Assembly (NCBI GenBank): GCA_963706595.1
Contig: OY970166.1
Span: 1,344,001-1,408,000, forward strand
Length of the DNA: 64,000 nucleotides
DNA from: an uncultured cyanobacterium
Lineage (GTDB): Bacteria > Cyanobacteriota > Cyanobacteriia > Cyanobacteriales > Nostocaceae
Direction of reading: 5' to 3'
In this document: positions 40,952 through 51,017 of the stretch, piece after piece
Position numbering within the stretch: position 1 is the stretch's first letter
Layout: every line of letters begins with the position of its first letter
The notes under the pieces: model-generated
What the model was told of the DNA's origin: nothing
Seen by the model: the letters and a program-made list of their open reading frames with translations, nothing else
The model's database searches: none
Made by a program: the position numbers and the translations under genes

Positions 40952-41875
40952 TTATAGAACTTTTCCCCGGCGTTCATCTAGGGAAGCTAGGGCTGCACCA
41001 GCAGTTTCAGCGATAATACTAATGAGACGATAGGAAGCGATCGCACTAATGATAACCGCAGATGGAAACCTGTGCTGCAAAAGTGCGATCGCAGTCACTT
41101 CAAATACACCCAAACCACCAGGCGCACCCGGAACCACAAAACCTAACAACCAAGCAAAGCTAAAAGCCCCTAATAATAGAGGTAATTGGCTGATATGCAA
41201 TGGCGTTAGGGCAAACACAGTTAAAATAAAGCCAGCACTACGCAGTCCTAAAAAGCCTAATTCCCCCAACAAAGGTATGAGAGGATAGCGTTTAACCTTG
41301 AAAGGAATCGTAAGCTCAGTAGTAGTAGCAGATTTTTTTGCCTTTAATTTGTAGACAAAGCGAATCGCTGGATTCAAAAATCGGGGATGAACCGTACACA
41401 GCAGCACAGCCAAACACAAAAATTGTAATATTTGTACAGACAGAGAATTATCAGTAGCGGCAAATTGACTGCCTAAAACAACAATAATCATTAAAGCCGC
41501 AGCCGCCATCAGTAGAGGTTCTAGCAACACACTTAAAGTAGCAGCCCCAGCCGGGATATTAGCATTTTTCGCTGCCACAATGCGCCCATAATGATGCCAG
41601 ACATTACCCGGTAAATACTTGGCAATATTTGTTTTTAGATAGACTTGAATAAATTCCGAACATGGCACAGATTGATCTAATTCGTGAAGAATCCAAGTCC
41701 ATATCCAACCACCCCAAATATGTGCCAGTAAAGTTACGCCTGTAGCTATGCACAGAATTGCCCATCCGACTGCATCAATTTGGATTGCTATCACTTGGGA
41801 CCAGTTATCCTTAAGGGCTTTCCCTAAAAAAAATAGCGTTCCGCCTAAAATTAGCCAGCGTAAAAATTGCTTCAT
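40952..41875 (-). CDS. UPF0104/lysylphosphatidylglycerol synthase TM-domain membrane protein
   Basis: KYLPGNVW and PGAPGGLGVFE motifs; multiple TMs. Confidence 0.88.
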   Translation of the reverse strand: MKQFLRWLILGGTLFFLGKALKDNWSQVIAIQIDAVGWAILCIATGVTLLAHIWGGWIWTWILHELDQSVPCSEFIQVYLKTNIAKYLPGNVWHHYGRIVAAKNANIPAGAATLSVLLEPLLMAAAALMIIVVLGSQFAATDNSLSVQILQFLCLAVLLCTVHPRFLNPAIRFVYKLKAKKSATTTELTIPFKVKRYPLIPLLGELGFLGLRSAGFILTVFALTPLHISQLPLLLGAFSFAWLLGFVVPGAPGGLGVFEVTAIALLQHRFPSAVIISAIASYRLISIIAETAGAALASLDERRGKVL

Positions 41876-42140
41876 CTTTTGAAAAAATAAAAATCTTATA
41901 AATCACCACAACCGCGTTCATTATCGCCGTAAATCTCTCTACAGTTAGATAAAAGTTTGATTTTAGTATCAGCAATATTGTTACCTACGCTAGAGGCAAA
42001 CTTTTAAAAAAATTCGTAATCTTAGTAAGGGTTATCAAACATTTGCCATGTCTAACACCAAGCAAGAATTTGCTGATTATCCAAACTACTAAACTAAGCA
42101 AATCAATAACCTATTTTTCTGTATGTAAAAGGAGGGCTAG

Positions 42141-42707
42141 ATGAACAGTGTGATAGCTTTCTGGAAAAAGTTAAAACTACGCCAGATTTTAACTATCTTT
42201 GTAGCTGGGCTATTGCTAATAGTTACCACTGCTTGTAGTGGCGCAAATCCTCAAGGCGCAAATCCTCAAAATCCCGCCGTTCAGGCTGGGGGTGCTAACA
42301 ATCCTTATAAAGGTGGTGGAGACAAATATACCAAATATAGAATGACTACAGATCCCAAAGCCATTGAAAGGGAAGAGAAAAAAGAAAAAGAGCAAGCTAG
42401 TTTACAGTCAGATTTACAAGTTTTGATTGCCATAAATAGAGACTCTGAAATACTTTATCCCGGCGCTGAAACACCAAAAGGTAGAGTTGAAAAAGAAAGA
42501 GAATTGCCAATCATCACTGACAAAAACTTTCAAAGACCTGCTCCTGGTGGTTTAATTCAACGAGAACCAGATGTAGGAACTCGCATTCAAGAACGCATTG
42601 AAACAGTGCAGGATTCAGTTAAACAAGCTTCTAGTTTTTTGCAAGACAAAGCAGAAGAAGCAAGTTCCCGACCTGAGTTACAAAAAAATCCAGCCGTAGG
42701 TAAATAG
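42141..42707 (+). CDS. Putative lipoprotein (DUF6658-like)
   Basis: Signal with lipobox TTAC; AGGAGG SD upstream. Confidence 0.8.
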   Translation: MNSVIAFWKKLKLRQILTIFVAGLLLIVTTACSGANPQGANPQNPAVQAGGANNPYKGGGDKYTKYRMTTDPKAIEREEKKEKEQASLQSDLQVLIAINRDSEILYPGAETPKGRVEKERELPIITDKNFQRPAPGGLIQREPDVGTRIQERIETVQDSVKQASSFLQDKAEEASSRPELQKNPAVGK

Positions 42708-42783
42708 AACTTTCTTATACAGACGAGATTCATCGCGTCTCCACAAGGGCAATTCTGATCATAAGCATTTCAGGAGTGAAATT

Positions 42784-43390
42784 ATGAAAAAAGTCATGAC
42801 TTGGCTAAAAAATATCCGTCCCGTTAGAATTTTAACAGTGTTTTTGGCAGCAACATTTTTGTTGATGACACAGGCGTGCAATCCAGGAATAGCGCAACAG
42901 CCACCACAACCAAATGCTCAACCACCTAATGTTGAGCGATATGATCCGACAAAAAGCTATGAACTTAACGCCCCAGAAGGGGGGATGAATAACTTTAGTG
43001 ATGTAGATCCTAGAGCCAAAGCAGTCTGAAAGAGCCGCAAATGCTAGAGCTAAAGAACTAGCAAAAAATGCGCGGAGAAACGTTGAGCAGAAGGGTATTG
43101 ACAGTTCAGAGCAATATATCCGCAATTATCAAGAAGGTACACCCTTGGATGAACGAGTCAAGCGCCTGGGTGAGGATGTTGGTAGTTCTGCTGAGGAATT
43201 AGGTGAAGGTTTCACTAAGGGAACTCAGCGCGGAGTGGAAAATCTCCAGAAAAATACTGGACGCGCTGCTGAGAACTTGAGTAAAAGTGTCAAACGCGGT
43301 GCGGAGGATACTACAACTAATCTTCAACGCCAAGCTGAGGATACAGCTGACGCAGTGAAAAGAAGCATGAGAGCAGTTGATTTAAATTAG
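42784..43390 (+). pseudogene. Putative lipoprotein with LEA-like C-terminus, broken by a +1 frameshift near 43025
   Basis: Lipobox TQAC. Frame 1 stops at TGA 43027, but the +1 frame continues open (ERAANARAKELAKNARRNVEQKG...) into the 43145-43390 ORF. Confidence 0.75.
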
Positions 43391-43401
43391 TTTGAAGTTA
43401 A

Positions 43402-43434
43402 AGAACCCTGGTTTATGCAATAAATCGGGGTTCT
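43402..43434. terminator. Terminator-like hairpin
   Basis: AGAACCCTGGTTTAT / ATAAATCGGGGTTCT. Confidence 0.65.
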
Positions 43435-43447
43435 CTCAATATACAAA

Positions 43448-43525
43448 GTTGGGTTGAGGCTTTGCAAAACCCAACGCCAAAAAACCTCAATTTGGTTGGG
43501 TTTCATTGCATTCAACCCAACCTAC
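43448..43525. repeat. REP doublet (same family as 7618-7690)
   Basis: GTTGGGTTGA...AACCCAAC and GTTGGGTTTC...AACCCAACCTAC. Confidence 0.75.
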
Positions 43526-43559
43526 GAATATTTTATGTTTTCAAAGTCATGGAAGAGCG

Positions 43560-44834
43560 CTAATGACTTTTCGTAGCGGATTGATTTTGTAGATACCAAG
43601 TTTGTAATGCCAATCTTTGAATTTCACGCCAGGGAATATTGTGGTTGCGAGCTAACTCTGCACAGTCTTCATATTCTGGCTGGATGTTAATAATAGATTT
43701 ATCTTTTTCTTGTCCGTTCCATGCAACTTTAACGCGAACTTGGCCATATTCAATTTCTACTGATTGAATTTCCCGTTGTAAGATGGCGCGCTGTTGGGTA
43801 CTCCGGCGAATTCCTAAAGTTGTGGTTTCGCGAAATAAAACTGCTTCACAAGCCTGTAAATTCTCCTGATGACAGATTACGGTTAATAAAATTCCGGGAC
43901 GGGACTTTTTCATTCCTATGGGCTGGGTGAAGACATCCACTGCACCAACAGCAAATAAGGCTTCAAAAACATAGCCAATAGCCTGGGGATTTAAGTCATC
44001 AATTTGGGTTTCAAGTACGGTGATGGTTTCTAAATTTGGACTGGTATCTTCAGAATTATTAGCGCGATCGCCCAGCCAAAGACGTAATATATTAGAAATA
44101 GGTAAATTGATCGTTCCGGCTCCTAGTCCCACCTGTTTAATAGCCATTGGTGGTGGTGAACCAAATTCTGTAGCTAGGGTAGTAGCGATCGCCGCCCCTG
44201 TTGGTGTCACGAGTTCCCGATCAATGCCATTACTAAAAACCGGACAACCCCGCATTTCCCACAACTTCAATACTGCTGGTACTGGTACAGCCATCTCACC
44301 GTGGGCGGCTCGCACTGTTCCCCCACCTGTCGGCAACGCTGAACAGTATAGTAAAGGTAATCCCTCATGATTACTGCAAATCCCTAACCAATCCAACCCC
44401 AAACACGTACCCACAATATCAACAATGGCATCAACAGCGCCCACTTCATGAAAATGAACCTTTTCTGGCGCAATGCCATGTACTGCCCCTTCTGCCACGG
44501 CTAGCTGTCGAAATACTGCCAAACTCCAAGCTTCTGCCCGTGATGGCAATTGAGCTTTGAGGATCATTTTTTCTATTTCTGGCAGGTGGCGACCGTGATG
44601 GTGATCATGTTTGTGGTCGTGGTGGTGATGGTGGACTAAATCTACATGAACTTTCGTCGCCTCCTGACCATTACGTTGCACAAGTTCGACTCTGAGCTGA
44701 TACTCCTGAGCAATTCCCAATTGATTGAGTTTTTCACTTAAATATTCCACCGGAACACCCAGACTGACTAATGCTCCTAGACACATATCACCAGAAATTC
44801 CCGTTGGACATTGAAGATAAGCAACTTTAATCAT
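43560..44834 (-). CDS. larC: Nickel pincer cofactor biosynthesis protein LarC
   Basis: GISGDMCLGAL, His-rich stretch, VHFHEVGAVDAIVDIVG, MKKSRPG and PEYED. Confidence 0.95.
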   Translation of the reverse strand: MIKVAYLQCPTGISGDMCLGALVSLGVPVEYLSEKLNQLGIAQEYQLRVELVQRNGQEATKVHVDLVHHHHHDHKHDHHHGRHLPEIEKMILKAQLPSRAEAWSLAVFRQLAVAEGAVHGIAPEKVHFHEVGAVDAIVDIVGTCLGLDWLGICSNHEGLPLLYCSALPTGGGTVRAAHGEMAVPVPAVLKLWEMRGCPVFSNGIDRELVTPTGAAIATTLATEFGSPPPMAIKQVGLGAGTINLPISNILRLWLGDRANNSEDTSPNLETITVLETQIDDLNPQAIGYVFEALFAVGAVDVFTQPIGMKKSRPGILLTVICHQENLQACEAVLFRETTTLGIRRSTQQRAILQREIQSVEIEYGQVRVKVAWNGQEKDKSIINIQPEYEDCAELARNHNIPWREIQRLALQTWYLQNQSATKSH

Positions 44835-44998
44835 ATAAATAACTTAATCAACTTTATTTTGAGACTTTGCACAATTATTTTGATGTAAATGATTGCGTAT
44901 TTGTGGCAGATGCTCATCTATCCGTGAAAATATGTGTAACACAGAATTTGATCTTTTCCCTGGAATCACAGTTGCCCACCTCTTATTTAGAACTTGCT

Positions 44999-45649
44999 AT
45001 GGCAAAAATTTTCGCTGTCCATCCTGATAATCCCCAAAGCCGTCGTATAGAGGAAATAAAGTCAGCGCTCTTCAGTGGCGCGGTTATGCTCTACCCTACA
45101 GACACAGTTTATGCTATTGGTTGTGATTTAAATGCCAAGTCGGCAGTAGAACGAGTGCGGCAAATTAAACAGCTAGCTAATGATAAACCACTGACATTTT
45201 TGTGTCCCTCCTTATCCAATGTGGCAACTTATGCCTTTGTCAGTGATACAGCTTATAGAATTATGAAGCGCTTGATACCAGGGACTTACACGTTTTTACT
45301 GCCTGCTACAAAGTTAGTGCCGCGACTAGTACAAAGTCCCAAGCGAAAAACTACTGGGATTCGTGTACCAGACCATCCGGTATGCTTGGCATTACTAGCA
45401 GCGCTGGAAAATCCGATTATTTCTACTTCGGCACATCTACCACCAGATGATGAACCAGTAGAGCTAGATTTAGAACCTAGACTATCACGGGTGGAGTTGT
45501 TTGACCGTTGGGATAAATTAGTAGATGTAATTATAGACACTGGCGAGGAACCAACTTATGAGGTGTCTACGATTTTGGACTTGACGGGAGACGAACCAAT
45601 GATCACAAGGCAGGGTTTAGGTTGGGAAGAAGCAGCAGTTTGGGTATAA
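44999..45649 (+). CDS. Sua5/YciO/YrdC family protein (HetY-like)
   Basis: YPTDTVYAIGC, GIRVPDH and STSA motifs. Confidence 0.92.
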   Translation: MAKIFAVHPDNPQSRRIEEIKSALFSGAVMLYPTDTVYAIGCDLNAKSAVERVRQIKQLANDKPLTFLCPSLSNVATYAFVSDTAYRIMKRLIPGTYTFLLPATKLVPRLVQSPKRKTTGIRVPDHPVCLALLAALENPIISTSAHLPPDDEPVELDLEPRLSRVELFDRWDKLVDVIIDTGEEPTYEVSTILDLTGDEPMITRQGLGWEEAAVWV

Positions 45650-46010
45650 CAAACGTCACAGGCAGATCCTTCAGTTTCGGAGAAATGTGATAAAAGGCTC
45701 CAGTTTTGAGATCGTCATATTTACAATATCTGGCAGTGGGTAGAACAGAATGGCGATAAATGTGGATATAACAAGTCTTTTAACCACTTTTAAGGCGTGG
45801 CAGATATCTATGTGTCATACTCAATGTGGTTGCTTGTACAAAAAGCGACACACTACTTTTACTGTAACTTTTTAACTTGCTTACAGTCTTATATATGAGC
45901 AGTGCTGGCGGTGGGTTTTGAGAATGCTAAATACTTCTCCAGCCAAGGCTGGCCTCATTTGCTGTATCTGCGTTGTAGTTACGGTGCAATACCACACTCA
46001 AAGAAAAGTC

Positions 46011-47231
46011 ATGAAAGCCAACCTTGCAAATCTACTAACTTCCAAATCCGCTTTTTTCTGCGATGTTTCGCCGTCAGAATTGCTAGCAGACAGTCACAAT
46101 AACTTGAGACAACTGCTATATCAAGAAATGCGATCGCAAGTCAAGGCGACATCTGAGTGTGTACAAGCTGTATCACAGCGTATAGCTACAGAAGTTAAAA
46201 GAATATGTGATAAAAGCTCCCGCATTCAACAATCTGGGGAAATCGAGTCCTGGCAAGTTAATTTAGCCAAGCATCGCCTGCAAAAGTGCCTGCATTACTA
46301 CCAATTGGGTTCCAGACGGGGAAGAGTGGAATTACATAGTACTTTAGGTGCTATGGTTTATCGCCATGTCACCATTGCTGGTTCGGAGTTGGGGTTTAAT
46401 GCTCGTTACAGTCTGATTGAGGATTTTCTGCAAGCGTTTTACATCGAAGCTATCAAAGCTTTTCGGCGGGAAAACGAACTACCATTAGATTATCAGCCCC
46501 GGACTCAGTTGCAATTGGCAGAATATATTGCGTTTACAGAGCAATATGCCAAACGCCGGATTAATTTACCTGGGGGCAATAATCAGCAATTGGTTATTCT
46601 CCGCGCCCAAGGTTTTGCGCGTCGTCAGCCCCAGGAAACGACTGTAGATATTGAAATGGCGGTGGAAACTGCTAAGAGTGAAGAGGCAGAATCTTACCAG
46701 CGTAACTCGGCGGTGCAACAAATTCGGTCACAGATGGTTGCCCAAACTAACTTCGATCCTTCCGAGGAGTCGGAACGCGATCGCGTGATTGCGGAATTGG
46801 CTAAATACTTGGAATCTCAAGGACAATCTGACTGTGTGGACTACCTGACTCTGAAATTACAAGACCTCTCAGCCCCAGAAATTGACCAAATTCTCGGTTT
46901 AACTAGCCGTCAGCGCGATTATCTGCAACAGCGTTTTAAATACCATGTCGAAAAATTTGCCAAAAATCACCACTGGCAATTAGTTCATCAATGGTTAGGT
47001 GCGGGTTTAGAGCAAAAATTAGGTTTAACTTCTGCACAATGGGAAACCTTTGTGAGTGTATTATCTCCTGAGCAGCAAGAAATTTTGCAGTTGAAAGTTA
47101 GCCGACAGAGTGATCAGGCGATCGCCAAAACTATAAAATGCACACCCAAACAACTCCAAAAGCGCTGGACTCAAATGCTAGAACTAGCATGGGATATCCG
47201 TAATGGTGAGCATGATATTCAAGCTAGTTAA
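46011..47231 (+). CDS. HetZ-related protein
   Basis: YYQLGSRRGRVELHSTLGAMVYRH, LIEDFLQAFY and RQRDYLQQRFKYH with HTH-like C-terminus; no patU downstream. Confidence 0.85.
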   Translation: MKANLANLLTSKSAFFCDVSPSELLADSHNNLRQLLYQEMRSQVKATSECVQAVSQRIATEVKRICDKSSRIQQSGEIESWQVNLAKHRLQKCLHYYQLGSRRGRVELHSTLGAMVYRHVTIAGSELGFNARYSLIEDFLQAFYIEAIKAFRRENELPLDYQPRTQLQLAEYIAFTEQYAKRRINLPGGNNQQLVILRAQGFARRQPQETTVDIEMAVETAKSEEAESYQRNSAVQQIRSQMVAQTNFDPSEESERDRVIAELAKYLESQGQSDCVDYLTLKLQDLSAPEIDQILGLTSRQRDYLQQRFKYHVEKFAKNHHWQLVHQWLGAGLEQKLGLTSAQWETFVSVLSPEQQEILQLKVSRQSDQAIAKTIKCTPKQLQKRWTQMLELAWDIRNGEHDIQAS

Positions 47232-47377
47232 ATCTGAATTTACCCCAGCTTAACTCCTGTGATTACAGATACCGACTACCAAAAATTCCCTCTACTACTT
47301 TTCCTGATTTAGGATAATTAGAGGCAAATGTGGGAAAATTAACAGGAGTTTACCTTATTTATAATTTCTCAACACTT

Positions 47378-47407
47378 TTGACACTCCTCGCGATCAATCG
47401 ACGGGGA
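47378..47407 (-). mobile_element. Isolated IS200/IS605 right-end remnant
   Basis: Minus strand TCCCCGTCGATTGATCGCGAGGAGTGTCAA has the same architecture as the end at 289. Confidence 0.55.
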
Positions 47408-47592
47408 AGTTTAAACCCAATTTTTCGGTAAAACAGTGATTTTTGTAGTACAAAAATACCATGATTCGGGGTTTTTGTTGATTAATTTAGTCTGACATAA
47501 CCAAAATTTAAAATTTATATAATTTTAGTATTTACTCTTGCTTCCTGGGAATCCTAAAATCAGGAAACCTTGTGAAATGAAACAGGATAAAT

Positions 47593-48075
47593 ATGAGTCA
47601 AGGCGGAAGAGCAGTTACATCTGGTAATGTCTTAGAAAACTCTGTAGAAGGTGCTTTACTGGGACATAGATATGTTCAAGTGGGCTGTGATTTACCCAGA
47701 AAACAGCGCCTTCAATGTCTTTTAAGCTCGCATGATCTACCCAAAAGATATGCAAAACAGGTTTTTATTGGACAAGGAATTTATGGTAGCGATATATATG
47801 TAGACTTTTATATTATTGGTGCAGCGCCAATTTCTTCTGGACTGATTATTGAATGTAAATGGCAGCAAAGTAGTGGTTCAGTGGATGAAAAACTGCCCTA
47901 TCTGAATTTGAATATTCAAAATTGCTATCCCACACAAGCCCTAGTATTAATCGACGGTGGAGGCATGAAAACACAAGCCATCTCATGGTTAGAAACACAA
48001 GTTATCTCTAACCAAAACTTATTTGCAGTTTATGACTTAAGGACATTTTTTATCTGGTCTAATAATCAGCTTTAA
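47593..48075 (+). CDS. PD-(D/E)XK superfamily nuclease
   Basis: GNVLE (helix Glu), YVDF, IIECKWQ..SGSVDEKLP. Confidence 0.85.
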   Translation: MSQGGRAVTSGNVLENSVEGALLGHRYVQVGCDLPRKQRLQCLLSSHDLPKRYAKQVFIGQGIYGSDIYVDFYIIGAAPISSGLIIECKWQQSSGSVDEKLPYLNLNIQNCYPTQALVLIDGGGMKTQAISWLETQVISNQNLFAVYDLRTFFIWSNNQL

Positions 48076-48123
48076 TTGTCACCAATAAACAAACCTATTG
48101 ATAACTGTTAAGTAGGGCAACCT

Positions 48124-48244
48124 AATTAAACATAAAATGTTGACGATATAGATCTCCGACTTCTTTGAGAAGTCGGGGATCTGGATACTATTGATAACTG
48201 ATAACTGATAACTGATAACTGATAACTGTTAACTGTTAACTGAT
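48124..48244. repeat. 61-bp dispersed palindromic unit followed by STRR (TGATAAC)n
   Basis: AGATCTCCGACTTCTTTGAGAAGTCGGGGATCT core; near-identical copy at 59613-59673. Confidence 0.85.
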
Positions 48245-49072
48245 TTAATAGGAAGTAACTAATACCTCAGTGATTTTGCCTCGCTTTTTGGCATTAGAAT
48301 TAATAGACCTTGCGGCTGATATTGTGTGAATAGGAAACTTGCTATAAAGTTCACGAATAAAAGTACAATCTGAATTAGACAGCATAACTTTGACTCCACG
48401 CTGGGCTAATTTTGCAAATATATCCCTGAGTTCAATTTGTTGATTTTCAGCAAAGCAATAGCGGCTATAAGCTGTAAAATAGCTGGTTTCACTGAGAGGA
48501 TAGTATGGTGGATCAAAATAAACAAAATCATCACTGCTAGTCGCATGATTTAAAACATCTGTAAAATCAGCTTGTTCAATCTGCGATTTCACAAGTCCGG
48601 CTGAGGCGACTCTGAGAATATCTTCAGGACAAATATTAGGATTTTTGTATCTCCCCAAAGGCACATTGAATTTACCTTGTGAATTAACTCGATAAAGTCC
48701 ATTAAAACAAGTTTTATTCAGATAAATAAACCTCGCTGCTTTTTCTAAAGCACTACCTTCAGGATAGGCTCTCACATCATAGTAATACTCTTTGTTATGC
48801 CGCTTTTGATGTACTTGCAGCAATCCAATTAATTCCTCAACATCATCCCTAACACAGCGATAAGTAGTAATTAATTCGGCATTAATATCAGTTAATCTAG
48901 CAAATTGGGGATGGAGATGGAAAAAAATAGCTCCACCACCTAAAAATGGCTCATAGTAAGTTTTATATTGCTTGGGAAAATAAGGAAGGTATTGTGATAT
49001 TAACCGACTTTTCCCCCCAGCCCACTTTAAAAAGGGACGCGGGCAAGTTTCTTTGGGGATTTGACTTACCAT
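48245..49072 (-). CDS. dam: Dam-type (GATC) N6-adenine DNA methyltransferase
   Basis: PFLKWAGGK, EPFLGGG, YLNKTCFNGLYRVN and DPPY; next to DUF751-rbfA like Nostocales dmtA. Confidence 0.95.
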   Translation of the reverse strand: MVSQIPKETCPRPFLKWAGGKSRLISQYLPYFPKQYKTYYEPFLGGGAIFFHLHPQFARLTDINAELITTYRCVRDDVEELIGLLQVHQKRHNKEYYYDVRAYPEGSALEKAARFIYLNKTCFNGLYRVNSQGKFNVPLGRYKNPNICPEDILRVASAGLVKSQIEQADFTDVLNHATSSDDFVYFDPPYYPLSETSYFTAYSRYCFAENQQIELRDIFAKLAQRGVKVMLSNSDCTFIRELYSKFPIHTISAARSINSNAKKRGKITEVLVTSY

Positions 49073-49248
49073 TTATTTACAGTTGAACTAAAACTCAGCT
49101 ACTCAATATAACAAATATCGCTGCCGAAGCATATTTTAATGCGGCCGATGTCTATTTTAGATGAATTTAGTAATTTTTTGGCTGCATAGATTACAATCGT
49201 ATAGAAGAAAAACAAATGTAATTGTATAACAAGGCAGTCTATATTCAA

Positions 49249-49455
49249 ATGTTTGACGGATTTTGGGATAACGTCTTTCGCTACCCCCGGTACTTCATTA
49301 CTATCCTCTTAGGGGTGTTTGTTAACTCGCTTGAGCCATTAATGCCACTGCTAAAACGTCCTGTCACCATGATTGCTCTCGTCGGTTTCTTTGTGGGTAT
49401 CCTAGTATTCATGAGTCTTACCGTCCGGGCGATGCTTGGTTTTAGTGCAGTCTAA
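49249..49455 (+). CDS. ycf33: DUF751/Ycf33 family protein
   Basis: FWDNVFRYPRYFIT...LTVRAMLG. Confidence 0.88.
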   Translation: MFDGFWDNVFRYPRYFITILLGVFVNSLEPLMPLLKRPVTMIALVGFFVGILVFMSLTVRAMLGFSAV

Positions 49456-49564
49456 GCTCAAAGTGTCCGGGTATTGACCTCTACCTCTAGGCAGCAGCTA
49501 TGGGCGTGTTGCCCAATTTATATATAATTTACGTCGTACAACCTCTGTGAGGAGGCAAAAATTT

Positions 49565-49972
49565 ATGGCTACTAATCGCCGCATTTCCCGCGTTGCTGAG
49601 TTGATTAAACGGGAAGTTAGCCAAATGCTACTCCACGGGATTAAGGATGATCGTGTGGGTACTGGAATGGTTAGTGTTACCTATGTAGATGTTTCTGGTG
49701 ATCTCCAACACGCCAAAGTCTACGTCAGTATTTATGGTACAGAATTAGCCAAGTCAGAAACAATGGCAGGCTTAAAGTCAGCTACGGGTTATGTCCGAAG
49801 CGAACTTGGTTCACGAGTGAGGCTGCGTCGCACCCCAGAAGTGATTTTTATCGAAGATGATTCCATAGAAGAGGGTAATAAGGTGCTGTCACTCTTAAAC
49901 AAACTCGAAGTTGAGCGATCGCCTGACAGTTTGACAATGGCAGAGAATACCACCGATGAGTTGTCAGAATAA
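49565..49972 (+). CDS. rbfA: Ribosome-binding factor A
   Basis: [24 protein letters not shown] and LRRTPE. Confidence 0.97.
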   Translation: MATNRRISRVAELIKREVSQMLLHGIKDDRVGTGMVSVTYVDVSGDLQHAKVYVSIYGTELAKSETMAGLKSATGYVRSELGSRVRLRRTPEVIFIEDDSIEEGNKVLSLLNKLEVERSPDSLTMAENTTDELSE

Positions 49973-50027
49973 GTAACTCACAATGTCACCTTAGAACAAT
50001 TTACCCTTAGTGAATTCGCTAAGGAGT

Positions 50028-50198
50028 TTACAGACGGGATTGTATCACGTCTGTTTTAATCTGACTATAACGAATTGTAAAGAGTTGGTAGTGGCAAAAG
50101 AGTAGCAGGACATTTCTTTCTTGAGGAAAAGGAACGAAATCAACACCCCCGCTAACAGCCGCTAATACGTCCCAGCGCACCTTTGCGCCGCGTCTCAT
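50028..50198 (-). CDS. Candidate 56-aa small protein (below ORF-track cutoff)
   Basis: ATG 50198 to TAA 50028: MRRGAKVRWDVLAAVSGGVDFVPFPQERNVLLLFCHYQLFTIRYSQIKTDVIQSRL. Confidence 0.35.
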   Translation of the reverse strand: MRRGAKVRWDVLAAVSGGVDFVPFPQERNVLLLFCHYQLFTIRYSQIKTDVIQSRL

Positions 50199-51017
50199 AG
50201 CAAAGCGTTTCGACTCGTAAGTTAGGAGTTCACAACAAAATCAAATATTTCATGGCTGAATAAATTTATGACTCGCACCAATGATGATTGCCACAAAAAT
50301 CTTTCATGATCTCGGCGATTATTTACGTAACCTTTAGTTGCAAATAAGTAGACTAGTGCTTCTTGTGATCATCTCACATTAATTATGACTCAAATTGTCA
50401 CTGCCTTGACCTAAATACTGTTAACCTGACTATAAAGGCCAAGAGTCATATTTTATGACAAGTGTTTACCGAAACAAACCAGTTATCTTCAGTGCTGCAA
50501 TTTACCAGAAAACTCATCTGTTTTTTTCAGGAATTATTCACAAATGTCATATTATGAAGTTTTTCTGGTATGATCTCTCCTCATATTTGGCGATAGTTGA
50601 TGGCGATTTTTCCACAGAACATGAGCCATAACCAAATCCCAACATATCTCAGCCAGGCTTCTAGGTGATTTTTGTATACAATAGCAGCCCACTATATGAT
50701 ATAATTCCGCCGACACAAAGATGCACAAAATGAACAGTAGTAGGAACTTGAGATATATTGAAGATAAATCAACTTATCTTGCCAGCAAGTTAAGTTGATG
50801 ACGCGAAGATCACAAAATTCAGTACATTTTTCAGAAGAGTCAGGATTTGTTGACATTCTTAACATTTCTTTAGATAATTTGAAGGTGTATAGCGTCAAAA
50901 TAAAATGAGTTCCGTATAGCAAACTACAAAACCCTAGCCACAAGTGTAATCGTTGTCATGTTTGTTCCCAGCATTTAATGGGAAGACTATCTACTTGTAA
51001 ACTTTGTGAGTAAAACC

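Noticed and set aside
45650..46010. patS-like RGSGR peptide next to the HetY-like gene
   Set aside because: GGCAGTGGGTAGA near 45732 looks similar, but I found no frame on either strand encoding RGSGR.
46011..47231. Calling this gene hetZ
   Set aside because: No patU5/patU3 downstream, so it is more likely a paralogue.
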